A stretch of DNA of 32,000 nt from Planctomycetales bacterium (GTDB lineage: Bacteria; 4484-113; JAFGCY01), in assembly GCA_022646745.1 (NCBI GenBank), contig CP060262.1, forward strand, positions 1,500,001-1,532,000, in the 5' to 3' direction. Made by a program: the position numbers and the translations under genes. Shown one piece after another: positions 9,679 to 17,818 of the stretch. Below the pieces are notes generated by a model. That model did no database searches and was not told the DNA's origin. It saw only the letters and a list, made by a program, of their open reading frames with translations. The stretch's first letter is position 1. Each line of letters opens with the position of its first letter.

Positions 9679-10989
9679 ATGTCCAGACTGAAACGGACCT
9701 TGCTGCTTTGGCTGGCAGGCTTTGCAACCTGCCTGTTTGTGCTTTCCTGCGGCAGCCGGGCGAATGTCAATCCAGATCCCGGTGACGGACCGCAAGCAGT
9801 TGCCCCGATGGACCTGCCGGCACCTTCAGCAATCAGGCTGCCCTCCGAAACCCAGAGCGCTTACCTCAAGCAGGCCACTGATTTCGAGCAGGACCTGCCG
9901 TTTCGCAATGTCGGCATGATCGGCGACAGGCTGGGATTCATCCCGGCCAAGTTCGACCCGATCTCATATGCGCTGTACTGGCTGAACGTGCCGCCCTCCA
10001 GCGCAGAGCCGACGGTGCAGTTCGACCCGGGCTTCGACCGGGAGCTGGCCTGGCTCGGGATTGCCAATTTCTCGACGGACCGCTGGGACTTCGGCCATGG
10101 CGAGCAGCTGCAGTACGGCCCACAGCACAGGCAGGCGGGGATGATCCTCGTGGCTGTGGTCTGCACGAACTATGACGAACTGGAATGGCTGGTGGCCGGC
10201 GGCAGCGCGCCACCCTTCGTGAAGAGCGTCAGCCCGCGGGCCATGTCAGCCGGCACTGTCAACGACTTCCGCGTCAGCTTCACCGATGACCCGGCCCAGA
10301 GCTACAGCTGGCAGTTCGGCGGCGGGCTGTCGATCACGCAGTCCAGCCTGGCCAACCCGAAGTACAGCGTGCTGACACCCGGCGACTACAGCGGCACGCT
10401 GACCGTTGCCAACTCCGCCGGCACCGTGGTCCACGACTTCAGCTACAGCGTGCTGCCCGCCACGCAGTACGAGCCGCTTCACCTGTACGCCGTCCCCTCG
10501 AAGAGCATGGTGTTCGCCGGTGAGGAAATCACGGTCTCGATCCGCACCGGGCTGATCCCGCAGTCCGAGGCGGCCGTGACAGCGCGCGTGGCGCTGCAGT
10601 TCCCGACCGGCCTGCAGTATGTTTCCGACAGCTTCAACACCGGCGCACCGGGTGGGGAGAAATGGGCAATCGACGGCTTCTGGGCACTGCAGCCGGATGA
10701 CGACGCATTCTTCCTGAGCTACCCGGACAGCTGGCTGGCGGAAGTGCCGGGGCCGGGCAGCGGCCTGCAGCACATGGAGATCTCGCTGGCCGCAGCCAAA
10801 CTCACGCCGCAGTTCGGCAGTGGCGTGCTGTGCAACCTGAAGCTGAAGTGCAGCGAGCCGGGGACCTATGCACTGTCTTTCCTCGAGGCGACGGATGTGG
10901 TTGTCACATCCTTCACGACGATGGAAGGCGAGGTGCTCTGGCACGACATTTCAAACGAAGGCCAACCCAGCATCACGGTGCTTCCCTGA
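9679..10989 (+). CDS. lipoprotein with a PKD-like domain and a C-terminal cohesin-like beta-sandwich
   Basis: The ATG at 9679 follows GGGGAG. Lipobox: LFVLSCGS. PKD-like segment: YSWQFGGG...YSGTLTVANSAG. The C-terminal segment VFAGEEITVSIRTG...ARVALQFPTGLQYVSDSFNTG...GVLCNLKLKC resembles cohesin modules by eye only. Confidence 0.7.
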   Translation: MSRLKRTLLLWLAGFATCLFVLSCGSRANVNPDPGDGPQAVAPMDLPAPSAIRLPSETQSAYLKQATDFEQDLPFRNVGMIGDRLGFIPAKFDPISYALYWLNVPPSSAEPTVQFDPGFDRELAWLGIANFSTDRWDFGHGEQLQYGPQHRQAGMILVAVVCTNYDELEWLVAGGSAPPFVKSVSPRAMSAGTVNDFRVSFTDDPAQSYSWQFGGGLSITQSSLANPKYSVLTPGDYSGTLTVANSAGTVVHDFSYSVLPATQYEPLHLYAVPSKSMVFAGEEITVSIRTGLIPQSEAAVTARVALQFPTGLQYVSDSFNTGAPGGEKWAIDGFWALQPDDDAFFLSYPDSWLAEVPGPGSGLQHMEISLAAAKLTPQFGSGVLCNLKLKCSEPGTYALSFLEATDVVVTSFTTMEGEVLWHDISNEGQPSITVLP

Positions 10990-11002
10990 AGCAGCAAACA
11001 GG

Positions 11003-11076
11003 GAACAGGGAACTGGGAACTGGAAGAAAAAGATTGTTGCAATGATGATTCGTTCGCTGTTCGCAGTTCCCTGTTC
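11003..11076. terminator. long hairpin between convergent genes (candidate bidirectional terminator)
   Basis: GAACAGGGAACTG (11003-11015) pairs perfectly with CAGTTCCCTGTTC (11064-11076), a 13-bp stem that extends with 4 more pairs after one mismatch. It lies between stop codons at 10989 (+) and 11089 (-). There is no clear U-tract. Confidence 0.4.
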
Positions 11077-11088
11077 GCCATTTCCGCA

Positions 11089-11943
11089 TCATCCACTGCG
11101 CTTCAGCAGCCCCGTGCGCTTGGCATACTTCTCCGCCAGGAGGAAGATCAGGTAGCCCAGCGGCAGGAAGATCGCGCCGGTTGCCACCAGCCCCGCCATC
11201 TCGTTGCCAAGCTGGCTGAGCGGTGCACCCTCCAGCAGCGCCTTCCTCTGCGCCGTCAGTGCCCAGTAGGCCGGGCTGGCAATCGCCGCCCCCTGCAGCC
11301 ATGTGGGCAGCACGCTGATCGGGTAGTACACGCCGCTGATCAGCAGGATGATCGCGAGGATGATGTGCGTACCCTGCGCCCCCTTCTCCGGGCTGATCAG
11401 CGGCAGCGTGGCCGCGATCAGGCCCAGCCCGACGACTGCGAAACTGCCGACCACCAGCACCACCAGTGAACTGAGGATGTTGGCATTGCTCAGGTCAATG
11501 TGGAAAAACCAGACGAGGAGGCCCATCATCAGGATGATCCTGACAATGCCGTACAGCACTGCGAATGCACACACGCCGAACAGGTGCGTGAGCCGGTGGA
11601 TCGGCGCCATGAAGGTGTACTCCAGCGTGCCCTCCCAGCGTTCCCAGGCGACGGTTTCCGCCACGATGATGAACAGCACTGAGAGATAACTCCACATGAT
11701 TGCGCCGATCAAGAGGTAGAACACGTAGGGCTGCTTGCCGGCGTAGTCCGGGGCTGCGCCGCTGGACATGCCGATCAGGCCGATGATCACTGCGTTGATC
11801 AGGTTGTAGAACAGCCAGACGATGTCCCAGCCGAGGTAGCGCTTCGTCAGGTCGATGTCGCGCATGATGAACGCGCGGATCGCCGACAGCTCCCGCATGA
11901 TGCGGCTGCCGCGGCCCTCGACGCGTTGTTGGTTCACAGACAT
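11089..11943 (-). CDS. ABC-2 type transporter permease (DrrB/Wzm-like)
   Basis: This polytopic membrane protein begins MSVNQQRVEGRGSRIMRELSAIRAFIMRDIDLTKRYLGWDIVWLFYNLINAVIIG, the ABC-2 N-terminal pattern. I chose the ATG at 11943 because AAGGAGA lies 6 nt upstream. The ORF-track start at 12036 has no SD. Confidence 0.85.
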   Translation of the reverse strand: MSVNQQRVEGRGSRIMRELSAIRAFIMRDIDLTKRYLGWDIVWLFYNLINAVIIGLIGMSSGAAPDYAGKQPYVFYLLIGAIMWSYLSVLFIIVAETVAWERWEGTLEYTFMAPIHRLTHLFGVCAFAVLYGIVRIILMMGLLVWFFHIDLSNANILSSLVVLVVGSFAVVGLGLIAATLPLISPEKGAQGTHIILAIILLISGVYYPISVLPTWLQGAAIASPAYWALTAQRKALLEGAPLSQLGNEMAGLVATGAIFLPLGYLIFLLAEKYAKRTGLLKRSG

Positions 11944-12073
11944 TGCTTGTCTCCTTTTGAGGACCTGGGAGCTTGGATCTTGGGTGTAGGGCAGGTGCAA
12001 TGCCTTGGGTATTGCCCTGGGCACATTGTCGCGCATTGCGCGCCACTGATGCCGGTCTGCTACACCTTACAAC

Positions 12074-12616
12074 CTAGCTCCCAGTTCCTTGATTCCATTC
12101 CTGGCGCGTGATCGCGTAGTAGGCGACCCCATGCCAGTTGCCACGGCTGCAGAACTCACAGGGCTTCAGGCCCCTGAGCTGCATGCCGCTCAGTTCCATG
12201 CTGCGCCGGGCAGCCCGGTGGCTGTCCAGCGTGTCCCCCCGGACGGTGCCCAGCGGGTGGTTGCCAAACAGCCAGCCGATCACCAGCCGCTTGGCCTCAA
12301 CGCCGTATCCCCGCCCGCGCAGCTCCGGGTGGATGCGGGTGCCAAGCGTTGCCGACATCCTGAACCCGTCGGTGGATTCATAGTACTCGTTGCCGATGTG
12401 GCGGCCCGTTGCCAGCTCCTCGATCGCGAAGCAGCCGCGCTCGTCCATGAACAGGCCGCTGCCTGCAAAGGCCTGCCTGTCGCGCATGCCCGGCGGGTTG
12501 ATCGGCCCCCAGAAGGGATTGCCCTCCTTCTGCTCAAGTTGGCGCCAGGCCCGGTACTCCCCGTAGTCGCGGTAGGGCCTGAGCCGGATCCGCTCTCCGT
12601 TGACAATCAACTGCAT
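12074..12616 (-). CDS. GNAT N-acetyltransferase, RimJ/RimL-like (paralog P1)
   Basis: Starts MQLIVNGERIRLRPYRDYGEY. Motif A: LRGRGYGVEAKRL. C-terminus: AITRQEWNQGTGS. The ATG at 12616 is preceded by AGGAGGG and lies 1 nt after the P2 stop. Confidence 0.85.
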   Translation of the reverse strand: MQLIVNGERIRLRPYRDYGEYRAWRQLEQKEGNPFWGPINPPGMRDRQAFAGSGLFMDERGCFAIEELATGRHIGNEYYESTDGFRMSATLGTRIHPELRGRGYGVEAKRLVIGWLFGNHPLGTVRGDTLDSHRAARRSMELSGMQLRGLKPCEFCSRGNWHGVAYYAITRQEWNQGTGS

Positions 12617-12617
12617 T

Positions 12618-13184
12618 TCAGCTGGCCCTCCTGACTGCGTGCCGGTAGTCCATCGCCGCCCAATCGCTGCGCAGCAGCTGGAAGGACAGCGTGCCTTCCC
12701 GCTGGCCATGCCGCCAGTGCACACAGGGCTTCAGCCCGGCCTGCCGCATGCCACAGAGCTCCATGCCACGGATGGCGGCTGCATGCGTTGCCACTGTGAT
12801 CGCGAACAGCGATTCCAGCGGGTAGTTCTCGAACAGGTAGCAGGCCATCAGCTGCTTTGCCTCAACACCGTATCCGCGGCCCTGCCAGGCCGGACGGATG
12901 AATGTGCCGAGGTATGCGCTGATGCCCGGCAGCACACCCGTGCTGCTTTCCTCATAGCCAATCAGCGACCCGCTTTCCCGGCAGGCGACGGCGAAGATGT
13001 TCATGCCGGACTCGGAGATGTATCCGGCCGGTTCGAACTCCCGGCGCTGTCCGGCGATTGGCCAGTGGTGCGGTCCCCACTGGTCATTGCCGCACTCCAG
13101 TTCCTCGTGCACAAGCGTGAGGTATTCATCGACATCCCTGAACGGCCGGATAAGTGCCCGCTGGCCTTCATAAACCGTGTACAT
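12618..13184 (-). CDS. GNAT N-acetyltransferase, RimJ/RimL-like (paralog P2)
   Basis: MYTVYEGQRALIRPFRDVDEY...WQGRGYGVEAKQLMACYLFENYPLE...AAMDYRHAVRRAS. The ATG at 13184 has AAGGAGG 7 nt upstream. The ORF-track start at 13190 is a GTG only 1 nt from that SD. Confidence 0.85.
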   Translation of the reverse strand: MYTVYEGQRALIRPFRDVDEYLTLVHEELECGNDQWGPHHWPIAGQRREFEPAGYISESGMNIFAVACRESGSLIGYEESSTGVLPGISAYLGTFIRPAWQGRGYGVEAKQLMACYLFENYPLESLFAITVATHAAAIRGMELCGMRQAGLKPCVHWRHGQREGTLSFQLLRSDWAAMDYRHAVRRAS

Positions 13185-13749
13185 GTCCACTCCTCCTTAT
13201 TCCATGCCGGTAGTCCATCGCTGCCCACTCGCTGCGTGTAAGGTGGTAATAGACTACGGCCTCATAGCGGCCCTGCCGGTAATGCACCGCCGGCCGGCAG
13301 CCGATGTAATTCATTCCACTCAGTTCCAGCCCACGGCGGGCCGGGGCATGCGTTGACAATGTGTCAGCCATGATGCACTGCAAGGGCAAGTTCTCGAACA
13401 GCAGGCAGAACATCAGCTGCTTGGCTTCCATCCCGAAGCCGCGCTTCTGGTGAAGCGGGCGGATGAATGTGCCAACCCAGGCCACGAGGCGTGGCAATGT
13501 CAGCGGGCCGACCTCCTCGTAGCCGGCCACTTCGCCGGTGTCCAGCCGCTCAATACACATCATCAGTGAGCCGTCGGCTGACAGCATGCCATTCTCGTCA
13601 AACTGTCTGCGCAATTCATGCCCGCTGTGGTGCATCGGCCCCCAGTGGGCGTTCGGCTCGGCATGCTCCTCATGCACCAGCTGCAGCATCTCGTCTGCAT
13701 CCCTGAAGGGCCGCAGCCGGACCAGTTGTCCTTCGTAAACCGTATGCAT
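13168..13749 (-). CDS. GNAT N-acetyltransferase, RimJ/RimL-like (paralog P3)
   Basis: MHTVYEGQLVRLRPFRDADEM...HQKRGFGMEAKQLMFCLLFENLPLQ...AAMDYRHGIRRS, followed by a 6-codon read-through tail (GHVHGL) that overlaps the P2 start by 17 nt. The start could be 13749 or 13752 (MM). I prefer 13749 for its SD spacing and the 557-nt phase. Confidence 0.85.
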   Translation of the reverse strand: MHTVYEGQLVRLRPFRDADEMLQLVHEEHAEPNAHWGPMHHSGHELRRQFDENGMLSADGSLMMCIERLDTGEVAGYEEVGPLTLPRLVAWVGTFIRPLHQKRGFGMEAKQLMFCLLFENLPLQCIMADTLSTHAPARRGLELSGMNYIGCRPAVHYRQGRYEAVVYYHLTRSEWAAMDYRHGIRRSGHVHGL

Positions 13750-13751
13750 CA

Positions 13752-14306
13752 TCAGCTCCTGTGCACCCTGTGCCTGTAATCCATTGCCAGCCAGGCAGTG
13801 CGTGACAGGTTGAAATAGACCCGGTTGGCATACCTGCCGGCGCTGAAATAGCTGGTGGCCTCACAACCCAGTGGCTGCATGCCGCAGAGCTGCAGTCCGC
13901 GGATGGCGCGGCTGTGCCCCGCCAGTGTCACCGCGAATATGTTCTCCAGCGGAAAGTTGTCAAACAGCAGGCAGGCCGCCAGCAGCTTTGCCTCAACGCC
14001 GTAGCCCCGGCGGCGGTGTCCTTCGAGCACATGCGTGCCCAGCCAGGCACCGAGCCGATGCGGATGGATGTTCTCCTCGCCAACGAGCCGTCCCGTGCTG
14101 ATTTCCTCGATTGCCATGCAGTATTCCTTCTGCTCATTCATTCCGCTGTAGTCATTGAACAGCGGACGATTCTGCTGCACGCTCTCGAACCAGGGACCCC
14201 AGTGCTCGCCGGGCTCATCAATGCCGATGCAGGCCAGGCTGTCCCATTCCGCGAGATCCCGGAATGGCCTGATCCTGACCTGTGGTCCTGTGTAGGTTGT
14301 GTACAT
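13752..14306 (-). CDS. GNAT N-acetyltransferase, RimJ/RimL-like (paralog P4)
   Basis: MYTTYTGPQVRIRPFRDLAEW...HRRRGYGVEAKLLAACLLFDNFPLE...LAMDYRHRVHRS. The upstream junction reads AGGAGCTGAGCATG. Confidence 0.85.
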   Translation of the reverse strand: MYTTYTGPQVRIRPFRDLAEWDSLACIGIDEPGEHWGPWFESVQQNRPLFNDYSGMNEQKEYCMAIEEISTGRLVGEENIHPHRLGAWLGTHVLEGHRRRGYGVEAKLLAACLLFDNFPLENIFAVTLAGHSRAIRGLQLCGMQPLGCEATSYFSAGRYANRVYFNLSRTAWLAMDYRHRVHRS

Positions 14307-14308
14307 GC

Positions 14309-14863
14309 TCAGCTCCTCTGCACCCTGTGGCGGTAGTCCATCGCCTCCCATTCACTGCGCAGCAGCTGGAAGTACACCGTGTCAACAAAGTGTCCTCGTA
14401 CAAAATGGGATAAGCGGGTTCTGCCGACCTGCCGGAAGCCGACGGCCTCAAGGCCGGCGCGGCTGCGGCTGTGAACCGCCGTGGTATCGGACCATAGGGA
14501 CTCGACCGGGAAGTTCTCAAACAGGAAGCAGAATGCCAGCAGCTTGGCCTCGCGCCCGAAGCCCTGGCTCATCTGCGCAGGAACAATGCCCGTCGCCGGG
14601 AAGGCGGATAGTTGCCAGCGGCCGATGCCGCAGTATTCCAGCCCGACGAATTCGCCGTTGTCAGTGCGCTCGATCGCGAAGGCGAAACTGTCCATTGAGA
14701 TGGACAAGCGCTGCCACTCCGACGCGCTGCGCGCCGCCACATCCCACTGGATGCCGAGGTGCTCGTTGGGCGAGACCGCGTAGTTGCGTACATAGCCGGA
14801 GAACTCCGCCTCGCTGGCGAAGGGCCTGATCCGTACCTTCTCTCCTGTGTAAGTCGTATACAT
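14309..14863 (-). CDS. GNAT N-acetyltransferase, RimJ/RimL-like (paralog P5)
   Basis: MYTTYTGEKVRIRPFASEAEF...SQGFGREAKLLAFCFLFENFPVE...EAMDYRHRVQRS. The upstream junction reads AGGAGTTGAACATG. The ORF-track start at 14869 is a TTG that overlaps the P6 stop. Confidence 0.85.
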   Translation of the reverse strand: MYTTYTGEKVRIRPFASEAEFSGYVRNYAVSPNEHLGIQWDVAARSASEWQRLSISMDSFAFAIERTDNGEFVGLEYCGIGRWQLSAFPATGIVPAQMSQGFGREAKLLAFCFLFENFPVESLWSDTTAVHSRSRAGLEAVGFRQVGRTRLSHFVRGHFVDTVYFQLLRSEWEAMDYRHRVQRS

Positions 14864-14865
14864 GT

Positions 14866-15420
14866 TCAACTCCTGGCAACTCCGTGCCGGTAATCCATCC
14901 GTTCCCAGTCCTTACGCAGCAGCTGGTACCAGACCTGGCCCTCGTTCTCCCCCTGCGATGGGAAGGCACAGGCCAGGATCCCGGCGAAGCGGTAGCCGAT
15001 CGCCTCCAGCCCGGCGATCGCGCGGCTGTGCGTTGCCACCGTGTCAGACCACAGTGACTCAATCGGGAAATTCTCGAACAGGTGGCAACTGGCCAGCAGC
15101 TTGGCTTCACGGCCGAAGCCGTTGTGCCAGTGCCGCTCCAGCAGTCCGGTGCCGGTGAAGCCGCTGAGTTGCCAGCGGCCCAGCCCGCAGGTGATCACAC
15201 CAGCCAGCTCCCCCGAGTCCAGCCTGTCAACCGCAAAGCGGCAGACCGTATCCTCGGTCGGGAACAGATTCCAGACCTGCAAGGCTGAATTGGCAAAGTA
15301 CCACTGCGGCCCGCGGTGGGCATTCGGCACCACTGCGTAATCGCGCGTGAAGCCGGCCCATTCCGCTTCCGAGGCGAATGGCCTGATGCGCACCAGTTGT
15401 CCCGTATATGTCGTGAACAT
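14866..15420 (-). CDS. GNAT N-acetyltransferase, RimJ/RimL-like (paralog P6)
   Basis: MFTTYTGQLVRIRPFASEAEW...HNGFGREAKLLASCHLFENFPIE...ERMDYRHGVARS. Confidence 0.85.
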   Translation of the reverse strand: MFTTYTGQLVRIRPFASEAEWAGFTRDYAVVPNAHRGPQWYFANSALQVWNLFPTEDTVCRFAVDRLDSGELAGVITCGLGRWQLSGFTGTGLLERHWHNGFGREAKLLASCHLFENFPIESLWSDTVATHSRAIAGLEAIGYRFAGILACAFPSQGENEGQVWYQLLRKDWERMDYRHGVARS

Positions 15421-15422
15421 TG

Positions 15423-15977
15423 TCAGCCTCGCCTGACGCTCTGCCTGATCGGGAGCTTCTCCCAGTCCTCCCGCATGATCTGGTACTTCACCCTGGCAAC
15501 CCGCGTGCCCCTGAAGCGGAATGAACAGGGGATCGTGCCGACATGCCTGAAGCCCAGCGCTTCCAGCCCGGCCCGCGCCCGGGTGTGTACCGAAAGGGTG
15601 TCGGCCCAGACGGACTCAATCGCGAAGTTCTCGAACAGGTGGCACATTGACAGCAGCTTGGCCTCGCGGCCGAAACCCAGGTGCCAGTGCTCCCGCAGGA
15701 TCTCCGTGCCGACGCTGGCCGCCAGCTGGTAGGTGCCGAGCACCGCACTGACCCAGCCGATGGCCTCACCGCTGTCCCGCCGTTCGATGCAGAAGCGTTC
15801 GGCGGCATCATGCGTGATCGAATTGCCAAAGCGCTTGCGGCTCTTGATCGCGCGGTGCCAGTCGTCACCCCAGAAGTCACTGAGGGTGATGAACTGGCGG
15901 CTGGAGAACTTCCACAGCTCATCCGCATCCCGGAAGGGACGCAGCCTGACCTGCTCACCTGTGTAGACAACATGCAT
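15423..15977 (-). CDS. GNAT N-acetyltransferase, RimJ/RimL-like (paralog P7)
   Basis: MHVVYTGEQVRLRPFRDADEL...HLGFGREAKLLSMCHLFENFAIE...EKLPIRQSVRRG. GGAG lies 6 nt upstream of the ATG. Confidence 0.85.
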   Translation of the reverse strand: MHVVYTGEQVRLRPFRDADELWKFSSRQFITLSDFWGDDWHRAIKSRKRFGNSITHDAAERFCIERRDSGEAIGWVSAVLGTYQLAASVGTEILREHWHLGFGREAKLLSMCHLFENFAIESVWADTLSVHTRARAGLEALGFRHVGTIPCSFRFRGTRVARVKYQIMREDWEKLPIRQSVRRG

Positions 15978-15998
15978 TTCTCACTCCAATAGTGGTTA

Positions 15999-16046
15999 GT
16001 AGTCAGTGGTCAGAATTCAGATCACTGACCTCAGACCACTGACTAC
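15999..16046 (-). repeat. conserved intercistronic hairpin element A (GTAGTCAGTGGTC ... GACCACTGACTAC)
   Basis: A perfect 13-bp inverted repeat (15999-16011 / 16034-16046) with a 22-nt loop. The P8 TAG stop (16043-16045) lies inside the arm. No U-tract follows on the minus strand. Confidence 0.7.
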
Positions 16047-16609
16047 CGGCCTCTCACCACTGTCTGCCGGATCGGCATCCTCTCCCAGTCCTCACGCATC
16101 ACCTGGTACAGCGGCACGGCGACGTTCCTGTCACCATGCCAGTGGATGCAGCGGTACAGCCCGACCCGACGCATCCCGATAGCCAGCAGTCCGGCCTGGG
16201 CGCGGGTGTGCTCCGCCGTGGTATCCGCCCAGACAGTCTGGATCGGGAAATTCTCGAACAGGTGGCACAGCATCAGGAGCTTGGCCTCACGGCCGAAGCC
16301 CCGGCTCCAGTGCCGCCGGTCCACCACGGTGCCGAGCCATGTTGCCAGCCGGCCCGCCGGCGGCACACCGAAGCTTTCGATGCCGACACACTCTCCGGTG
16401 TCAAGCCGCTCGATTGCCAGGCTGTTCTCGCCCTTGTCATCCAGCAGTTCGCCGTCACTGAACTCGCGGTCAAGCTGGCTGGCAACTGTATGGTACGGCC
16501 CCCAGAAATCACTGTATGTGAACTCACGGGAGGCCTGCAGCTGCTGCCATTCCTGCAGGTCCCTCACAGGACGCAGCCTGACCAGTTCGCCTGTATAGAC
16601 ATGGTTCAT
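16043..16609 (-). CDS. GNAT N-acetyltransferase, RimJ/RimL-like (paralog P8)
   Basis: MNHVYTGELVRLRPVRDLQEW...SRGFGREAKLLMLCHLFENFPIQ...ERMPIRQTVVRGR. Its ATG overlaps the P9 TGA (TGATG). Confidence 0.85.
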   Translation of the reverse strand: MNHVYTGELVRLRPVRDLQEWQQLQASREFTYSDFWGPYHTVASQLDREFSDGELLDDKGENSLAIERLDTGECVGIESFGVPPAGRLATWLGTVVDRRHWSRGFGREAKLLMLCHLFENFPIQTVWADTTAEHTRAQAGLLAIGMRRVGLYRCIHWHGDRNVAVPLYQVMREDWERMPIRQTVVRGR

Positions 16610-17169
16610 CAGTTTCCTCTCCTGACTGTCTGCCTGATCGGCATTGCTTCCCAGTCACTGCGCATCAGCTGGTAGTCCAGGATGTCAACATACTTCCCGT
16701 GCCAGTGGTAATGCCGCAGGCCGCCGGCCAGCCGGAATCCACAGGCCAGCAGTCCGCGTGATGCGGGCTCATGCTCGCCGGTGGTGCCGGCCCATACCGA
16801 CTGCAGCGGGTAGTTCTCGAACAGGTGGCACAGCTTCAGCAGCTTCGCCTCCCGCCCCAGGCCGTGGCCCCAGCGTGACTCGAGCACGAATGTTGCCAGC
16901 CAGCAGGACAGCTCACCGGCCGAGGGCGTGCCATGCAGCGCCACACCTGCCACCACACCGTCACTGAGGTCCTCGATCGCATGGCAGGCTTCCTCGCCGC
17001 CGAGCAGGCCGTCAGCCTCGAATGCCTGCCTGAGCGCTGGTTCGCTACTGTGCCAGGGACCCCAGAATGCATTCATGTGCAGGTCACGCTGGCCCTGCAG
17101 CTGCATGTACTCATCAAGGTCCCTGAACGGACGCAGCCGCACTCGCTCGCCTGTGTAGACGACATGCAT
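16609..17169 (-). CDS. GNAT N-acetyltransferase, RimJ/RimL-like (paralog P9)
   Basis: MHVVYTGERVRLRPFRDLDEY...GHGLGREAKLLKLCHLFENYPLQ...EAMPIRQTVRRGN. The ATG at 17169 overlaps the P10 TGA. The ORF-track extension to 17214 would overlap P10. Confidence 0.85.
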   Translation of the reverse strand: MHVVYTGERVRLRPFRDLDEYMQLQGQRDLHMNAFWGPWHSSEPALRQAFEADGLLGGEEACHAIEDLSDGVVAGVALHGTPSAGELSCWLATFVLESRWGHGLGREAKLLKLCHLFENYPLQSVWAGTTGEHEPASRGLLACGFRLAGGLRHYHWHGKYVDILDYQLMRSDWEAMPIRQTVRRGN

Positions 17170-17735
17170 CAGTGGCCTCGCTTCACAGATTGCCTGATTG
17201 GCAATTGTTCCCATTCATCGCGCAGGATCCTGTAGCAGGGCGATGGCAACAGCCTGCCGCCTTTGTACAGGTAGCCGTAATGCTTTCCGGCCAGCTTCAG
17301 CCCACAGGCCTCCAGCCCGGCCTTGGCCCGGCTGTGTTCATCAGTCGTATCTGACCAGACGCATTCGATCGGGTAGTTCTCGAACAGGTAGCAGAGGTTC
17401 AGGAGCTTGGCCTCGCGGCCAAAGCCCTTGCCCCAGTGCTCCCGCGCAATGATCGTGCCGAGCCAGGTGTTCGTGCGCGCCGGATTCATCGCGCCGTACT
17501 CCTCGAAGCCGACGGCCTCGCCCGTGTCCAGCCGCTCAATCGCGAAGCAGGAATACTCGTCCGTTGACAGCATCCCGCCTGGCTCAAACTCCTTCTTCTT
17601 CTGGGCTTCAGCCCAGTGCCAGTCACCCCAGAACTCGTTGAAGTTGCTTTCCAGGGCACCCTGCACCTTCATCCATTCATCGAGGTCCCGAAAGGGCCTG
17701 ATGCGGGTACGCTCACCCGTGTAAACGACTTGCAT
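17169..17735 (-). CDS. GNAT N-acetyltransferase, RimJ/RimL-like (paralog P10)
   Basis: MQVVYTGERTRIRPFRDLDEW...GKGFGREAKLLNLCYLFENYPIE...EQLPIRQSVKRGH. GAGG lies 7 nt upstream. Confidence 0.85.
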   Translation of the reverse strand: MQVVYTGERTRIRPFRDLDEWMKVQGALESNFNEFWGDWHWAEAQKKKEFEPGGMLSTDEYSCFAIERLDTGEAVGFEEYGAMNPARTNTWLGTIIAREHWGKGFGREAKLLNLCYLFENYPIECVWSDTTDEHSRAKAGLEACGLKLAGKHYGYLYKGGRLLPSPCYRILRDEWEQLPIRQSVKRGH

Positions 17736-17753
17736 TTCAATACCTCAGTTGAC

Positions 17754-17818
17754 AGTGGTCAGTGGTCGGTGGTCAGAAATAAGAGGATCTGGCTTCTGAC
17801 CACTGCCTACTGACTACT
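17754..17818 (-). repeat. conserved intercistronic hairpin element B (same GTCAGTGGTC / GACCACTG..CTGACTAC words)
   Basis: The core 10-bp stem is GTGGTCAGAA (17769-17778) / TTCTGACCAC (17794-17803). It extends outward as an imperfect stem of about 25 bp. The P11 TAG stop (17807-17809) lies inside the right arm. Confidence 0.6.

Noticed and set aside
15999-16046. Reading the three conserved hairpins (elements A-C) as Rho-independent terminators or as MITEs.
   Set aside because: No U-tract follows any of them on the coding (minus) strand, and a functional SD plus start follows within about 25 nt. They are only 48-70 nt long and show no target-site duplications that I can see, so they are reported as intercistronic repeat elements instead.
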